Both the position numbers and the translations under genes were made by a program. The notes beneath the pieces were generated by a model that did no database searches, was not told the DNA's origin, and saw only the letters and a program-made list of their open reading frames with translations. From contig CM074521.1 of assembly GCA_037379345.1 (NCBI GenBank), positions 36,418,704 to 36,482,703 on the forward strand: a DNA stretch of 64,000 nucleotides, written 5' to 3'. Every line of letters begins with the position of its first letter. Position 1 is the stretch's first letter. This DNA is from Perna viridis (lineage: Eukaryota). Below are positions 52,865-64,000 of the stretch, one piece after another.

Positions 52865-52992
52865 GCCATGAAGTATATTTAAAAGGAACAGCCTGCTATG
52901 AAAGAATAGTCAAGGAATTTGGGCAAGAAATAGTTAGCAAAAATGGAGAAATTCAGAGACGCTCACTTGGATCTATTGTTTTTAGCAATCCT
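52865..52992 (+). CDS. COASY: COASY coding exon 5
   Basis: HEVYLKGTACYERIVKEFGQEIVSKNGEIQRRSLGSIVFSNP; tttcAG acceptor and GTAAGA donor. Confidence 0.95.
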
Positions 52993-53175
52993 GTAAGATT
53001 TCAAAATTAATTGACTTTGTTTGTTTGAAACACTTTTTGTTCATATGTTTCAGCAATGTTTGAATGACCGAGAGAGAAAAAAAGCCCTTTCGGTTGGTAA
53101 TTACACATTTTATTGTTTAAATCTTTAGGTGTCAGAAAAACTATAATCATTATAATTTATTGTTGTATTTTTAAG

Positions 53176-53257
53176 AATAAACTGAAGTTGTTAAACTCTA
53201 TAGTGTGGCCTGAGATAGCAAGACTTGCTGAAGACAGAATAAAAGAATTTGGAAATG
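53176..53257 (+). CDS. COASY: COASY coding exon 6
   Basis: NKLKLLNSIVWPEIARLAEDRIKEFGN; ttaAG acceptor and GTTTGT donor; phase consistent. Confidence 0.9.
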
Positions 53258-53860
53258 GTTTGTAATTTTGGTAGTATGCAATGGACATACTTACTTTAAC
53301 AGAAATAGCTATGTCATAACTCTACTTTACCATAATGTCATGTACTATGTCATACAGTTGAAACATTAGAAATATATTATCTTGATCTGACACAGCAAAG
53401 TTTTGGGAAAAAATGTATGCTCTTCTACACAGGAAAAATGTAACATTTCTTTAAAAATCAAATGGAAATTTATGATAACAGCTAATAGAAATATGCATTC
53501 TTCGTGTTTTAAAAACACATTCAAAACAGTTTTTTTCCAAATGCAGATGAAAAACATGTTGTTCCCATATCAATTCATATGTTTACTATATTAGTATTTT
53601 ACACATGTATTTCTAGGGTTGATTCTTCATAAATATATCATTAATATGTTTTAAGAAAACAAGTATAACAGAAAATCTTGGCCTGGTGGCAATAAAACTG
53701 AAAACAAATGCTCAAGCCTGAGAACAGTGTTAACTGCCACTTCAATCAAAGTCTTGGTATTTTATTATGTCACAAAATACATTTTAGACTTGAGTAATAA
53801 TAATGAGTTGTGTGTTGCCTGTAACCAGTACCAAATGTAGTGATGTTATCTTATTTATAG

Positions 53861-53961
53861 ATGGTAAGGAGGTAGTTATACTGGAAGCTGCTTTACTAAT
53901 AGATGCTGGCTGGAATAGTCTGGTACATGAGGTTTGGACATCAGTTATTCCTCCTGCAGAG
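53861..53961 (+). CDS. COASY: COASY coding exon 7
   Basis: GKEVVILEAALLIDAGWNSLVHEVWTSVIPPAE; tatAG acceptor and GTAATC donor. Confidence 0.95.
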
Positions 53962-54266
53962 GTAATCCATAAAAGCAGAAACTACAAAAAAATCCATTTG
54001 TAGTCTAGAGAGCCATCTAATAGAAATTATTACTTTTTTCAATAAAAAGAATCCCTACAGAGGAAGACTGGAAGACCAGTCTGGTTGATTTGAATTTTAA
54101 ACAATTTTGTGCTCCTTCAAGATCTATAGAATTATAGTGTTTCATTTAGTTACTTTTCTGAAATAAAGCAGATTAAGAACATGTTTTATACCCTGGTGCC
54201 CCAGAAAATTCCATGTTCTTAAATTCTATAGTTTCTTAAAGCAACAGTTGTTATTCATGGTATATA

Positions 54267-54431
54267 CTGTAAACATATTAACTTTCAAGATGTTTTAATT
54301 TTCACTATTTCCCACGGTGGACATAAAAGTGTGAAATCAGTTTTTAACAATTTATAACTGTAATCATTTTGTAAAACCGTGAAAATTGATACCACGTAAA
54401 TATATTCACTTGAAAATTTATACGTTTACAG
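54267..54431. mobile_element. Tc1/mariner-type MITE in COASY intron 7
   Basis: ~23-bp imperfect TIRs CTGTAAACATATTAACTTTCAAG and CTTGAAAATTTATACGTTTACAG, preceded by TA. Confidence 0.7.
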
Positions 54432-54758
54432 TTGTATATTTACTAATGTTATATATCATATACATTTATCAACATAGCGCCAAACACAATCCACTGAATT
54501 TAGTACAGGTATAGCTATCAAAAACAAGATTTAAAGTAAAATTTTAACTAATATGTAAACTGGTTGCCAACATTCCCTTCTAGTGTGTTCAGACTTATCA
54601 TCATTTTTTGAAAAACTTGTCTGTTTCTAACTTTGTGATACACCAGGTTTATATATATAAAAAAACCTTTTTTAACATTCTTCTTGACTATAATTTCTAG
54701 TGTAATATGACTGTGTTATTGAATACATTGTTCTCATTTATTTTTGTTAATATTGTAG

Positions 54759-54959
54759 GCTGTGAAAAGATTGCAAGAGAGAAACAATTTATCTGAAGAA
54801 GAGGCAAATAAAAGATTAAAGACACAGTTATCTAATAAGGACAGGGTTGACCAATCAAATGTTGTTTTATGTACACTCTGGGAATATGAGTATACACAGA
54901 CTCAGGTGGAGAAAGCTTGGTTGTTATTACAAGAAAGACTGAAAGAAAGAAATGCTTGA
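54759..54959 (+). CDS. COASY: COASY last coding exon
   Basis: [23 protein letters not shown]...[20 protein letters not shown]...A then TGA. The eight exons sum to 1602 nt, i.e. 533 aa plus stop. Confidence 0.95.
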   Translation, partial: AVKRLQERNNLSEEEANKRLKTQLSNKDRVDQSNVVLCTLWEYEYTQTQVEKAWLLLQERLKERNA

Positions 54960-55078
54960 TAGTGAAAGTATTAAGCTGAAGGTTACTTGATAGTCAAAGT
55001 ATTAAGGTGAAGGTTACTTGATAGTCAAAGTATTAAGGTGAAGGTTACTTGATAGTGAAAGTATTAAGGTGAAGGTTA
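54955..55078. repeat. 31-bp tandem repeat x4 overlapping the COASY stop codon
   Basis: CTTGATAGT(G/C)AAAGTATTAAG(C/G)TGAAGGTTA. Confidence 0.92.
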
Positions 55079-56639
55079 CAAATACTATATATAGATTTAA
55101 TAGGGTTATCTTTTACTGACAACTCCTCATGTATTTTAACTTTTTTGGTTTTGAGTACTTCTTGTATTTGATTTATTTTTGAATCTTGAACTTTCTGAGT
55201 ATTTGGTTCTAATGTTTCTGATAAGAGGTTATTCCTTGATTCACATGTACGGCATACTGAAATTTGCAATATTTATATGATTGTGTTTTTTTTTGTATTG
55301 AAAAGATCTATAATATTGATAAACTTTTATTGATAACTCTTATTCTTGCAATGTTAACATTATTTTCCTTATTTTCTTGATCACAGGAATCATTGTATTT
55401 CCTGCCCTATTCATTTTATTTCCTGCCCTAGTCATTTCATCTCTTGTTCTAATCTGAAAATTTTTAAAATGGTGCATTTTGTTTCCAATTTTCAACTCCC
55501 CGTATGTTTACTCACATTCCATGTGAAAAATAAAGTTAAAACTAATTTTAAGACCAATTTTGAAGATTTACAACAAGATCTTGTGAGTTTATTTATGCAG
55601 TATACAAACTTATTTTTGTGAGTGATTATTTGGACTGATTTAGCAAGCATGAAGAATCATGAAAATAAATCCCTTCATTGTGAAATACATGTGAAACTGA
55701 GTGTTAGTCACAGAAACAAGTAACGAAATCAGATGGAAAGTAAGTACTTTTGCGACAATAAGGTAATGTGGAATAAACTTGGTTTACAATAATTGTGTGA
55801 TGACTAATTAGAAAAACTCGAAACTTTTACAAAGTAAATTTTTTGTATGTATTGCAATTCATACAAATTACATTGTAAACTTTTTAATATCACTCTTATT
55901 GAATAATCAGGATATTAAATGTATTTTTTAAGTACAAAGACTTGTGTTTCGTTGATCAGTATGTGTCTGTTGTTTCCATATAACTGGTTTATAATAAAAG
56001 TTTTACTGAATTGTAAATCATTATTGAAATTATAATGCCAAAATCTTTGCTTCAAGAATCCATTTATTCATTAGAATTGATAGAAAAAGCTTATTGTTGA
56101 TCTGATTTTTATTATTCAGATGTCAATCTGTTCTTTTTTGAATTTTTTTACATGGTAGGGGTACAAAATTCGGCGTAACCAATAACAACAAAATATTTTA
56201 GCTTTTATGGTTTGTATGTTGGAATTTCTAAGGTTTGGTTTAAATATGTTTCCACATTAAGAGGTCTGTCTGGATATGTCTGAGCCTTCAGCGTTTGTTG
56301 AGACCGCCCGGTTTTATCTTTTATACTTCTTTACTTTTATTTCCAATTACTGAAAAGTGTTAAGTATAAAAATAAGGATGGACGAGTTGTTCGTACTTGT
56401 CAAAGCAAGCACTTTCCTTTCGGCAATTTTCATCACTATGATGTAAGTTTTTTTTTTTAAATCCAAAGAAGCAACGCTTCATAGATTGAAGTGCAAAATG
56501 TACTACCAAGCCTCTTTTCGTAACTAATAATTTCCACACTCACAACTGTCAGATTGTGTCTTCAGTCTTACCACGACACACGTCACTCCCATAGTGGTAT
56601 CATTTCACAGCATGTGGATCCTGGAAAATTTAAAAGATA

Positions 56640-57615
56640 GTCACGAAACCCTCAATACTAGATTACTATCAGAATATAATGGCATAAAAATTATGATTTT
56701 TTAACCAATTATACTACTAATACTCAGTTGAATTATGCATCCTTGTTACACCAAAAAAAAGACGGTACACCTAGGTACAAATACGCAAAAGTGATTCTTC
56801 AAACTTAAAAAAAAATTATTCCAAAAATCATCTTCCAAATATACCAAAGAAGATGTGAAAGTGCTGGATACTTTTTAACGACAACACATTTATCCATGCA
56901 GTGTGGTAGAGGATTTTTCAACAGACGGTCATCATTCCAATGGGAACAAATTGTGTTCTGCTACAGGCTGACACATTTCTTCTCTCTTATTAGGCTGACG
57001 TTAAAGCTGATCTGATCCAAAGAAGAAACATCGTTTAGCCAAATTCTTTTATTTCAGTTTCCGCTATTTGGATGACGTACTAGTGTATGGTCTAGATCCC
57101 GATGTAGCAAAAACATTGTCTACTATACATGACAAATATGTTGTCGCACCAGGAGACAAAGCCCGAAAACAACATTTTTTTTGTCTGCAAAACGTTTTAC
57201 ATCCAAGAGATCGAGGTAGAAAATAATAACAGTGATAAGACATACTGTTACCACACTCTCCAAAGAAGAGATTGTGGAAAACCATAAATCTGTGCTATCC
57301 TCTATTGGTCTCTATACCAAGGACGATGATTGTGATTTACCATCTATGTACCGGATTCCTAAACTAAAGAGAGTGAGGTCCTACCTTTGATTTTTCAACA
57401 CTGTATTCTTCTATTCCCAATACTCAGTTAAAATTCCGACATAAAAACATTATACATCGTTGTTTTCCCCCAAAAAGGATGATACCTAGATACAAATATA
57501 TAGTTCATATCACAATTCATACGTTATGCCAGAGCTTGCCGAAACTACGCAGACTTTTTGAATCGCGCTAGAATTCTGACAAATAGGCTTCTGGAACAGG
57601 GTTATACAAAAAATG
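56640..57615 (+). mobile_element. Decayed, rearranged Penelope-like retroelement
   Basis: Frameshifted motifs QQTVIIPMGTNC, FRYLDDVL, IHDKYVVAPGDKA, DLPSMYRIPKL and SQFIRYARACRNYADFLNRARILTNRLLEQGY. Confidence 0.8.
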
Positions 57616-58471
57616 ATATTAAAAAATGATTTTTTAATATCAGAAATTGATTTTATAATATTAGAAATTTATCTTGTAATATTAAAAAATGAGACTGATT
57701 TTGCAATATTTGTAATATTACAAAATGTGTGAAATTTTACAATATCATTAAATCAGGATATTGTTATTTTAGAAAACAAAATTTTAATATTGTAAACACA
57801 TACATAATATTAAAAAATATTTTCTGATATTAAAAAAAATGTTTAATATTAAAAATGATTTTGTAAAATTTAAAAAATATTTTCTAATATTACAAAATAT
57901 TGATTTTTGTCCACTTTGGCTTGCCATGGAGGACGTTTAACCAGCTGGTGCACCATGTCTATGCCCCCAGTTAGTGGAGTCCGGGTTGCTCATTTATTTT
58001 TGTTTTTTTACGTGTTATTTCGATTATCTCATACATATCCTTTGTTAAGTTTGTCTGTTTTCCCTTTCTAGTCTTTATCATTGGAATACATTCTTTTGAT
58101 TGCCGCTCGAATCTCGGATCCCTTGATTACTTGTTCAAGGTTACCTTGATATTTAAGTATAATGTATTGGATACCAGAAATTTATCAGTTTCATGGTTGT
58201 CATTAAGCCTTCAAACAAAATCAATATACAAAATCAATATATATATATATATATGAGGATGTCCCGTATACATTTCGATAAAATTCGTTTCTTGTATAAA
58301 CCCAATGATTAAATTTAATCCGCAGTAAAATATAGATATTTAATCAAATTGCTAGTAGGTAACAGAAAAATGTGCTTTCATCAGTAAACAACAGGTAGAA
58401 AATAAAATATGAGGAATTTTGTTTAAAAAGATACCTTGTTATGATAAATACTACGCGTTCCTTTGACGTTA

Positions 58472-60226
58472 CTATATATCACTGATATCAAGGGCATATA
58501 TTTTAGCTCTGTGTCCTTTAGATTCATTGGTCACAGACCCACAACCAACATACAGTATGTCATTCCTATTTATGCTTAAAGAGTACGGAAATTGGATTCC
58601 TAGTGTTCTAGTGTTAATGTAGGAAACGGGATCGCCTTGGTAGTTTAGTATATGAATTGTATGGTTTGTGTTCTCTGATACCAGAAAATTGTCGTCTTTC
58701 GATGTTGTCAAGTCCATGAACACACATTTAAATGGATATTCAAAACCGATACTAGGATGTCCTGTATACACATTGAGAACATTTCCTAATTGATCAAGAA
58801 CTACAACTCTCCCGCTCATATCTGTTGTGTAGATATCTATGACTGCAATATTGTTAAGACTATTTGAAGTAACACGAGCTGGTACAGAAAAAAGTGGCTT
58901 CATATTTTTGTCAATTTCAAACACCTGTCTGATTCTACCTTGCGTATCCATGACAACGATTTGGCGTGGTCCTTTGACTGGCAACATATCCTCTCCTTCA
59001 GCCGTTCCCACTATTATTCGATTGTCATGTGTTACATGGACTGCTAGTGGTATCATAGGAGCAACACAATATTTTGAATCGGTCAGTCTTTTTGGTTTGT
59101 TTGGAGTTATAAGTTTGAGAACAGATGAACCCTTGACTGACAGAAGTAGTTTTCCTGAACCCTGATAAGCCATATCACCAAGATCAGTTCTTACTTCCGA
59201 TTTTATGTGAAGTGATTCGTCCACTACTGTTGCATTCTGAAGTGTATTTTGAGTGTTGTTAACCCATAGAGAATCGTCATATTTTGAGACTAACAGTTTA
59301 ACAATATCCAACTCTGTTTCAATACATTGTACCACTTTAAATGCTTCATCCCTACACATAGGAACATATTCCAGTTTTCCGTAAAACTCAGAAATTAAAC
59401 TTAAGTTACCTGGTTTAAACGAAGAAATGTCAACTTCCTGGTCTCTTGCATAACTGACAGCAGACTTGAGAGTCTTCTCGCAATTATTTAAAATTGATTC
59501 AAAAGCATAGAACACTTTTTCAGTGTCATTAAATTCAACGATTTCGTTTATCGTTTCATGAAGCTTGCAGAAAGCTTTCAGATCACTCTCTAATTTGTTT
59601 CGTTCTTGCATCAGTGTATTCCATGACGCTTCCAGATCATTCGTGACTTCTTGAGATTTTTGTTTGATTGTCTCAATCAGTTTCTTCTCGTGTTTACTTA
59701 GTACATCTTTAATATCATTATACTTTCTCCTTTGCATTGACAGATGTTTTTTAATGTCTTCATTTCTTTTTATAATAAAAGTTACTTTTGATTCCACCAT
59801 TGAGACTGCAACTTTTAATCTGTTCAAGCGAGTAGTATATTCGCTTTCGATATCAACGAAGTCGTGATTCTTGTGATCTCCTGCTACACATTTAGCACAC
59901 ACAAAGCGATTGCATGACTTACAGAAGTGGTAACTGGCTTGTGATGGATGTTCACTACATTTCAGCTTGGTAAGATTAACGCTAATATCAGATGTCGATT
60001 TCCCTAGTTTGTTTCCTTCTGCAGCAATGTTCCTTACTTCTTTGATATTTATAACTGTATGATTTGGTTTTAACTTTGGATGGACAACCTCTTTACAATT
60101 TTTACAGATAAGACTTCCACACTGATTACACTTCCATTCCATCTTTTCGTCCTTTTCACATAACTGACACTTCAATGGAGCTTGTTCCTTGCTAATCTGT
60201 CTTTTAAATGATGAACCTGAACTCAT
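58472..60226 (-). CDS. RING-less TRIM-like protein: two B-boxes, coiled coil, C-terminal NHL/beta-propeller-like region (584 aa, intronless CDS)
   Basis: B-box1 CQLC..CNQC..ICKNC...VH...H; B-box2 CSEH..FCKSC..VCAKC...DHKNH; K/E/L-rich heptads; beta-strand repeats (PLAVHVT, PARVTSN, PYSLSIN). Confidence 0.88.
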   Translation of the reverse strand: MSSGSSFKRQISKEQAPLKCQLCEKDEKMEWKCNQCGSLICKNCKEVVHPKLKPNHTVINIKEVRNIAAEGNKLGKSTSDISVNLTKLKCSEHPSQASYHFCKSCNRFVCAKCVAGDHKNHDFVDIESEYTTRLNRLKVAVSMVESKVTFIIKRNEDIKKHLSMQRRKYNDIKDVLSKHEKKLIETIKQKSQEVTNDLEASWNTLMQERNKLESDLKAFCKLHETINEIVEFNDTEKVFYAFESILNNCEKTLKSAVSYARDQEVDISSFKPGNLSLISEFYGKLEYVPMCRDEAFKVVQCIETELDIVKLLVSKYDDSLWVNNTQNTLQNATVVDESLHIKSEVRTDLGDMAYQGSGKLLLSVKGSSVLKLITPNKPKRLTDSKYCVAPMIPLAVHVTHDNRIIVGTAEGEDMLPVKGPRQIVVMDTQGRIRQVFEIDKNMKPLFSVPARVTSNSLNNIAVIDIYTTDMSGRVVVLDQLGNVLNVYTGHPSIGFEYPFKCVFMDLTTSKDDNFLVSENTNHTIHILNYQGDPVSYINTRTLGIQFPYSLSINRNDILYVGCGSVTNESKGHRAKIYALDISDI

Positions 60227-62088
60227 TTTCTTGCACTTATGTCAACTTCACACAGATAAAACATATGCATCTAAATCATTGTATATTAACCTGCTTTCTA
60301 AAATGCGCATTTAAACAGAGACGCGTTTTTCGATTTTATTCTTCTGAGTCTGAACTTTTATCTATTTGAACATTTCGATTTGGTAACAGAAAAATTATCT
60401 TACCTACTATTTTCGATATTGGCAAGATAACTGATATGTTGTTAGAAAATCAGTGCAAAATTGATTACATTCAACAAATGATAGGTCACATATGATTTAG
60501 TAAGCATATGTCCTAAATTAAATGTTTCAAAATAAAACACAATGAAAGAACTGAGTTGCAATAATTGAATGGTCAGATTAAAAGGCGTCTTCTTCATGCT
60601 CTTCTGGAAACACCTACAGAAGTTCACGGCGTGCAGGAGCAGATCCAAGCGGGCGCGCACTCAGCGCCCCCCACCCCATGGTTACAAATTCTTTTTTTAC
60701 ATGAAATGTTATTTTGTTCACAAATTCTTTTTTATCATAACACTCTGGATCCGACGTTTTTTTTATATCTTCAATAAATATGTGTCGATGTTGTTGAAGG
60801 GTGTGTAGGCGTAAGAGGTTGGAATTCTGTAATCATCCGCCTGTAAAAGGGGTACATTTCTGGTACTGGTAAAATGAGAAACCTAGCTGAAACTTTAAGC
60901 TAACAGATGTCTAAATTCAGTGGAAAAAAAAAACGATTTACGAGCTGTTACCAATTGTTCTGAATGCAATTTTGTATGAAACTGAGAAGATTGTGGCTAG
61001 GTTTTCCAATCGCTAATAAAGAGTGCAGGTAGGCAAAGAAATTTTAAGAAGATATAGCATTTTATTTTTAGACCTTTTTATATGGGTTGGTGTAATGCTC
61101 CTTAAAAAGACAAGTTTTCTTGAAACAAATTATCTATCGAATGTCGTCTAATTTTGAGACGTTTTTGAATAGTAACTCACAAACTGTAAGTATGACCGAG
61201 CATCCTTGATCTCATTAGAAAGCTGAAACATCAAGCTGCATGATTATGCTCAATTTTGATTAAGTTCTTTCCAGGGAATTGCTGTAATAATAAAAACGAA
61301 AAAAATCCACAAACTAGTTTTGCCTTGTATGTATGTGTATATGTATCAAAATGAGGTACAAGATAAGATGGAATATATAGCACAATATATCACCGGACTT
61401 ATTGCTTTGAGCACAGCCTATCAACTAACTACCTAACACATTTCATATGGTAATGCTTATAGGGTCTGAAGGAGACCAACTCTGTCCCCTGAATTTAACT
61501 ATTTATTATTGTAAATATATATATATAATCTCCTGTAAGTTCATGGAAATCTCATGAGTGTGTTTTGCTCATCAACACATTGTAGTAATTCAAAATTATC
61601 ACTTAGGACTGATATTATTGACATTACACATAATTTACTTAGAGAAAACAAGAGATTGTATAAAAAATCAAAGGAATATTTCTCTGTTACTGCATTAACA
61701 TTTCGGGATCCCATTCTTTGTGCTGTGTGAAGGATAAAATTTGGATCACAAACCCTGCACGTGCGCAAGTAGCAGAGATCACTTGTAACGATGCTAGACA
61801 AACCACCGATGGTACTTTCGGTGAAGAAAGTGTTATATGGAAAATTGACAAAAAATGTCTCCCTGTGGAATATTTTACAATCTATAGTTAGAACTCGTTT
61901 TCATCTCAGATTCACTGAACAATATTGTATTAGCTATTGATGACAGTCAGTGTTATTTCTATATTCTATTAAGTAAAGATCAGGGATTATGTTCTCCAAC
62001 ATGTCTAGCGACCATGGGAAATGAGAATTATGGGTCTCTGACACCGGATTTAAGTTAAAGCTTTATGAAATAGAGTTATTCCGCAATA

Positions 62089-62228
62089 TTCCGTCTGTGA
62101 TACTCTGTTTACCGTTCCGTCTGTGATACTCTGCATATCTTTCCGTCTGTGATACTCTGTGTATCCTTCCGTCTGTGATACTCTATATATCGTTCCGTCT
62201 GTGATACTCTGTATACCATTCCGACTGT
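62089..62228. repeat. 26-bp tandem repeat x5
   Basis: TTCCGTCTGTGATACTCTG at 62089, 62115, 62141, 62167 and 62193. Confidence 0.92.
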
Positions 62229-63289
62229 AGTTCATGTATCGATAAACAAATCGTAGTTAAACAAATTAAAAGTTTATTCATTTTTGCTGTTTTTATAACG
62301 TCGTTTTGAGGTAACTACAAGTTATAAGATGTAACAGTCATTATTTTGCACTCGTCGATATAAGTGCTTCTCCTGCTATTGATTCGTATGTTCAAGAGCA
62401 TTTTAGGGATGGCTCGCGATAGTATGACCGCTATAGTCATCTCTAATACATCTCTGAAAGTATGGCTAAGCTCAACTCATATAGTTTTCGATATATCTAC
62501 ATCAGTATAAGTTTCAGAAACTGGTCGTTCCATATTGAACGGCCGTTTGAAGACCTCCATTGTTCGAAGTTGAAAACTTAGTTGAGCTTATACAGCTGTT
62601 TGGACATTTTTGATGAAAACTCTTCTATCTCCAGTACACGCAAAGTGATCACACGGTTTACTGAGGTGATAACTGGCCTCATAATTTCGATGAATGTTTG
62701 TTACATTTCAGCTTATTTAGATTAACACCAATATCATATACATTTACCTTGTTGGTTTCCATTGCAACATGTCCCTTTCTTGTTTATATGTATAACCATT
62801 TTGTCAGATTATTACCCCCCCTCCTTTCTGCAAACAAAGTTATTGTTTTTGGTTCTACTTAGTGTAGGAATCACCCCGACTACATGTCTGTCCACATATT
62901 TTGTTAGCGGTACACTGCTCAAGGGATTTGTTAGGTAGTTTTATAGGTAGGTTTGGCACCATGTAATAGATGTGACCCCCAAGGGAGACACTTGAATTGA
63001 AGCGTTTTTTTTTACATTTTGTATTTAACTCTATTTGAATCCGGCGGTTTTCCCTTTGTGATCTTTCTCACATTTTCCTAGTTTTAGATCTGGGTGGACA
63101 GCTTCTTTATAGATTTTACAGATAAGGTTTGTCACCAACAACACACCCCTTTCCACCTTTGCCTATTTTTTTCGCAAAGCTGATAATTTAACGCCGCTTG
63201 TGTTTTGTTGATTTATCTTTGTTCAATGAATGTAAACTCATTATATTTATGTTTGCTTAGCCTTTGGTGGATGAGTGTCTCATTAGCCA

Positions 63290-63810
63290 AATTTACTGAG
63301 AAGGAAAACTCGGAAAAATGCTTTTATGTGTGTGGTATATCTACCTCCAAAAAAATCGTCACGATCTGTCAATGTCCACAAGTTTTTAGATAGTATTATG
63401 TCCGATATCTATACAAGGCCAAATGGAAACCCATATTTTTTTCTATGTGGAGATCGTATCTTATCGATAGCTCTGACTTTTTACAAGAACGTAATTTGGT
63501 AGACTATAAAAATAACCCACGCGGCGAATTATTCAGTGAATTCTTGAGCCATATAAACTGTTGTACATGTATATTGAAAGGCTGAAAACATTAAAAAATG
63601 ACTTTACGTTTATATCAACTAGAGGCGAGTCCGTCGTTGGTTATTGCGTTGTCCCTTAATGAGCATTTGACGCTATTCAATGATTTTGAGGTTACACGTG
63701 TGAGAACACTTGTTGACAATATATTTCAAATAGGAGAATATGATCCGAAGCATATACCTGATCATTCATGGTTTTGCTGGTCATTTGAATCTCAGAATTA
63801 TATTGGCTGA
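63290..63810 (+). mobile_element. LINE apurinic-endonuclease domain relic
   Basis: Broken frames LCGD, ERNLVDYKNNPRGELFSEFL, NDFTFISTRGESVVGYCVVP and HIPDHSW (SDH-like motif). Confidence 0.7.
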
Positions 63811-64000
63811 AACCAACCAACCGTATGTAAACAGTCACGAATGTACCACCAGTTAAGATTATAAAAATGAAATATGACACACGAGACATCCATAGTGATT
63901 GAATGTCAGACACTGGAACAGTTTCACTATTAAATCAGTTTATACCGGAATCGAATAATCAGAAATGAACCAATGCGAATTAGACGCAATTTAGTAGAAA

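Noticed and set aside
58839-59867. Plus-strand ORFs of 108 and 67 aa (likewise 51307-51663 and 45963-46166 on the minus strand)
   Set aside because: They are antisense shadows of real coding exons.
62340-62700. Second LINE endonuclease relic (ILNGR and SDH-like motifs)
   Set aside because: Too degenerate to support without a homology search.

Overview
AT-rich eukaryotic genomic DNA with spliced GT-AG genes, most likely from a bivalve mollusc. That attribution is inferred from the RING-less B-box/NHL gene, Penelope-like relics, Helentron-type elements and abundant TACATGTA. Three protein-coding genes are supported. (1) An STK17/DRAK-family kinase on the minus strand (exons from 36397 down to 504, continuing off the left edge) has two homologous alternative first coding exons. 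(2) Bifunctional CoA synthase COASY (PPAT + DPCK) on the plus strand has 8 coding exons, 44927-54959, 533 aa. (3) An intronless B-box/coiled-coil/NHL-like gene lies on the minus strand at 58472-60226. Introns hold over a dozen unrelated minisatellites plus SINE, HINE, MITE, LINE and Penelope relics. The most unusual feature is a ~3 kb satellite made of ~37 copies of the 3' end of COASY coding exon 3 together with its splice donor. It has higher-order structure and a solo-LTR-like insertion carrying a sense AATAAA. Most ORF-track entries are spurious.
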